Positions 54,256 to 56,914 of a stretch of DNA of 56,914 nt are shown piece by piece. The notes under the pieces were generated by a model, which saw only the letters and a list, made by a program, of their open reading frames with translations, was not told where the DNA came from and did no database searches. The number at the start of each line of letters is the position of its first letter. The first letter of the stretch is position 1. A program made the translations under genes and the position numbers. This DNA is from Solirubrobacteraceae bacterium (GTDB lineage Bacteria; Actinomycetota; Thermoleophilia; Solirubrobacterales; Solirubrobacteraceae): the NCBI GenBank assembly GCA_035262945.1, contig DATFRW010000351.1, positions 1 to 56,914 on the forward strand. The letters are read 5' to 3'.

Positions 54256-55652
54256 GCGGCCGGCACGCGGACACGCGCCGGGCGGGGCAGGAACTGCCCC
54301 TGCCCCTCGGGTCCGACGAAGTCGCCGGCCCGCACCATCGGCATGCCGCGCAGGATCGTGTCCGTGGGCGCGCCCACGTACTCGTAGCCGTCCCAGATGC
54401 TGTAGTCGACGGTGTGCAGCTCGGCGGTCCTGTAGGTGCCCGTGCGAGCCTGGTCGAAGACGACGAGGTCCGCATCGGCCCCCGGGAGCAGGCTGCCCTT
54501 GCGCGGCCACAGGCCCAGGCGGCGAGCGATGCCGCTGGAGGCGATGTGGACGAAACGCAACAGCGACCAGCCGCGCCGCACCACCGCCTCGGTGTGCAGC
54601 ACCGCAAGCCGCGTCTCCAGGCCGTTGTGCCCCGCCGGCAGGGCGGGAAGCTCCAAGCCGATGGAGTTGCGGTTGGCCAGCGGCCCGGTGTAGTCGTCAC
54701 TGGACACGTGGCACAGCACGCCGTCGTCCAGCGCGCGCCACAGCTCGTCTCGGTTCCACGGAGGTCGCAGCGGCGGGTAGTTGCCCCAGTTGGCGCCGTC
54801 GGGGCGCTGCACGACGTCGTCCTTGGAGAAGACGACGTAGTTGTGGCAGGCCTCCGCGAAGACGTCGGCGCCGGCGGCCTGCGCGTCGGCGATCTCTTGC
54901 GCCGCCGCCGCCGAGGTGACGTGCAGGACGAAGAGCGGGCACCCGGCGCTGCGGGCGAGGCGTATCGCGCGGGCTACCGCCTCCCCCTCGACCCAGTCGG
55001 GCCGGCTGTCGTCGTTGTAGCGCCAGTCGTTGGTTCCGGCCTCGATCAGCCGGCGCGTGCGGCTGGCGATGACGCTGGCGTTCTCGGCGTGGACGACGCC
55101 GATCCCGCCCGCCCTGGCCAGAGCCTCGAACAACTCGGCGGTCGGCCCGTCCCCCGGGTAGAAGTCGGGGAAGTTCATGAACACCTTCACCGTCGGGACG
55201 CCGGCCTCGACCACCCCGGGGATCTCGCTGAGCTCCGCGTCGTCCACGCTGCCGGTGACGATGAGGTGAAGGCCGAAGTCGCAGCTGATCTCCGCCTCCG
55301 CGTCCGCGCGCTTGCGCGCGACGGCCTCGAGCAGCGACCCGCCCGTCGGCGGCCGGAAGGCGAAGTCGATGACCGAGGTCGTGCCGCCGTACAGCGCCGC
55401 CCGGCTTCCCTGCACATAGGACTGCGACAGCAGCGGCGGCAGCGCGAAGTCGAAGTGGACGTGCGCGTCGATGCCGCCGGGCAGCACGAGACGGCCCGAC
55501 GCGTCGATCAGCTCGTCGGCGTCGCGCGTCGCGATCTGCCCAGGCGCCGTGACCGCGGCGATCCGCCCGTCGGCCACCGCGACGTCGCCGGGGCGCGCGA
55601 TGCGGTCATCGGCGAGCACGCCCCCGCGGACGAGGAGGTCATACCTCGGCAT
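54252..55652 (-). CDS. Dihydropyrimidinase / D-hydantoinase-like cyclic amidohydrolase 2
   Basis: 466 aa with GGIDAHVHF, VKVFMNF, VVHAEN, FVLHVTS and HVSSDD. Its start overlaps the upstream gene by 14 nt. Confidence 0.85.
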   Translation of the reverse strand: MPRYDLLVRGGVLADDRIARPGDVAVADGRIAAVTAPGQIATRDADELIDASGRLVLPGGIDAHVHFDFALPPLLSQSYVQGSRAALYGGTTSVIDFAFRPPTGGSLLEAVARKRADAEAEISCDFGLHLIVTGSVDDAELSEIPGVVEAGVPTVKVFMNFPDFYPGDGPTAELFEALARAGGIGVVHAENASVIASRTRRLIEAGTNDWRYNDDSRPDWVEGEAVARAIRLARSAGCPLFVLHVTSAAAAQEIADAQAAGADVFAEACHNYVVFSKDDVVQRPDGANWGNYPPLRPPWNRDELWRALDDGVLCHVSSDDYTGPLANRNSIGLELPALPAGHNGLETRLAVLHTEAVVRRGWSLLRFVHIASSGIARRLGLWPRKGSLLPGADADLVVFDQARTGTYRTAELHTVDYSIWDGYEYVGAPTDTILRGMPMVRAGDFVGPEGQGQFLPRPARVRVPAA

Positions 55653-56532
55653 GGTCGGCGTCGGGCTCGTAGCGGGCGACGAAGTCCATCGCCTCCTCGA
55701 CGCCGGTCACTTCCTGCCATTCACGGAAGGTGCCCATCTGCGGCCACAGCGCCTCGCTGGTGCCGTCGCGGCGCAGGACCGAGAGCGCGTCGCGCATGGC
55801 CCCCAGCGCGGCGAAGTAGGGCGTGCACGGGTAGATCGCGATCGCGTAACCCATCGCCTCGAGCTCGGCCGCCGGCAGGAACGGCGTCACCCCGCCCTCG
55901 ACCATGTTGGCCATCACCGGGACTCCGTCCATGAGCGACGGGATCGTCTCGAGCTGCTCGCGCGTCTCGACGCCGTCGAAGAAGACCACGTCAGCGCCCG
56001 CCTCCGCGTAGGCGCGGGCGCGCGCGAGGGCGTCGTCGAACCCGGTGACCGCGATCGCGTCGGTGCGCGCGATGATCACGAAGTCCGGATCGGTGCGCGA
56101 GGCCACCGCCGCCCGCAGTCGCCCGGCGTGGGTCGCGGCCGAGACCAGGCGCTTGTCGCGGTAATGGCCGCAGCGCCGTGGCACGTCCTGATCCTCGAAG
56201 TGCAGGCCCGCGGCTCCCACGCCCTCCATCTCCCACATGAGGCGCTGCACGGTGAGCACCGACCCGAAGCCGGCTTCGCCGTCGCCCAGCACCGGCATGC
56301 GGGTGGCCCGCACAGCGCCGCCGACCTGGGCGACGGCCTCCGAGAGCGAACGGATCCCGAAGTCGGGCACGCCCGGGAACGAGGAACCCGACAGCCCGCC
56401 CGAGAAGTAGATGGCGGGGAAGCCGGCCCGCGCGACGAGCCGTGCCGAGAGGCCGTCGTAGGCGCCGGGGAGGACGGGCATCGCCTCGGCCTCGATGAGC
56501 GCCCGCAGGCGCCGTGCGTAGCTATCGGCCAC
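55639..56532 (-). CDS. Isocitrate lyase/PEP mutase superfamily protein (2-methylisocitrate lyase / oxaloacetate decarboxylase-like)
   Basis: About 297 aa. LPGAYDGLSARLV..AGF.A.Y.SG, GDGE.GFG, HFEDQ..P.RCGH and IIARTDA are present. GTG start at 56532, overlapping the upstream gene by 11 nt. Confidence 0.82.
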   Translation of the reverse strand: MADSYARRLRALIEAEAMPVLPGAYDGLSARLVARAGFPAIYFSGGLSGSSFPGVPDFGIRSLSEAVAQVGGAVRATRMPVLGDGEAGFGSVLTVQRLMWEMEGVGAAGLHFEDQDVPRRCGHYRDKRLVSAATHAGRLRAAVASRTDPDFVIIARTDAIAVTGFDDALARARAYAEAGADVVFFDGVETREQLETIPSLMDGVPVMANMVEGGVTPFLPAAELEAMGYAIAIYPCTPYFAALGAMRDALSVLRRDGTSEALWPQMGTFREWQEVTGVEEAMDFVARYEPDADHAEV

Positions 56533-56914
56533 TCGCGCTGCCCTCCAACGCCGCGGGCGCACCGAGGGCCGAGAGCACCGCCTGCGTCGTGACGCCGACG
56601 GCGAAGTTGTTGTGCAGGCGGCGCATCGCGTCCTCGTGCAGCTGCGGCGTGCGGTCCGCGCACGCGTCCTCGACGAGCAGCACCTCGAAGTCGAGGTCGC
56701 AAGCGTCGCGCACCGTGCTCTCCACGCAGCCGCTCGTGACCACGCCGGTGGTGATGAGCGAGCGCACGCCGAGCTGACGCAGCAGCACGCCGAGGTTGGT
56801 GGAGAGGAAGGCGCTGGCGGTGGTCTTGTCCAGGAGGACGTCGCCATCCCGCGGCTCGAGGCCATCGATCAGATCCGCCTGCGGGCTGTCGCGGGCCACC
56901 GCGATGCCGAAGTC
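56522..56914 (-). CDS. Isochorismatase-family cysteine hydrolase, paralog 3 (5' end outside the window)
   Basis: The open frame runs to the window edge. LLDKTTASAFLST.L and ITTGVVTSGCVESTVRDA (Lys and Cys motifs) are present. Confidence 0.8.
   Translation of the reverse strand, partial: DFGIAVARDSPQADLIDGLEPRDGDVLLDKTTASAFLSTNLGVLLRQLGVRSLITTGVVTSGCVESTVRDACDLDFEVLLVEDACADRTPQLHEDAMRRLHNNFAVGVTTQAVLSALGAPAALEGSASGR

Overview
This is a very GC-rich (about 70% by eye), gene-dense window that looks like Actinomycetota. It contains no rRNA and no CRISPR array. It has one tRNA, tRNA-Thr(GGU), which sits next to a decayed tyrosine-integrase fragment and a double-HTH excisionase-like gene. The rest is almost entirely an accessory catabolic region for cyclic amides, ureides and N-heterocycles. 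It holds four separate hyuA/hyuB (ATP-dependent hydantoinase/oxoprolinase family) pairs, three cyclic amidohydrolases (two dihydropyrimidinase/D-hydantoinase-like, one allantoinase-like) and an N-carbamoyl-amino-acid amidohydrolase. It also holds three isochorismatase-family hydrolases, a formamidase, a cyclase/formamidase-fold protein, two family-III CoA-transferases, an HMG-CoA-lyase-like gene, assorted redox enzymes, and LysR and IclR regulators. Most genes are translationally coupled through ATGA, GTGA or TGATG overlaps. The most unusual features are: (1) a 13-gene minus-strand operon (37544-53105) that joins a sugar-type ABC importer, CaiB, HyuAB, an HMGL-like lyase, two 2-oxo/2-hydroxyacid reductases, an allantoinase-like enzyme and an orphan ureABC with no ureDEFG; (2) a single polypeptide fusing a CitE-like acyl-CoA lyase to a CaiB-type CoA-transferase; (3) a COG0523 metallochaperone module with a small CxxC protein, a CE4 deacetylase, a conserved hypothetical protein and a GAF protein. 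All calls come from reading the ORF translations and the DNA by eye. No searches or calculations were run, so family assignments rest on recognised motifs, and start codons were chosen from coupling and RBS context.
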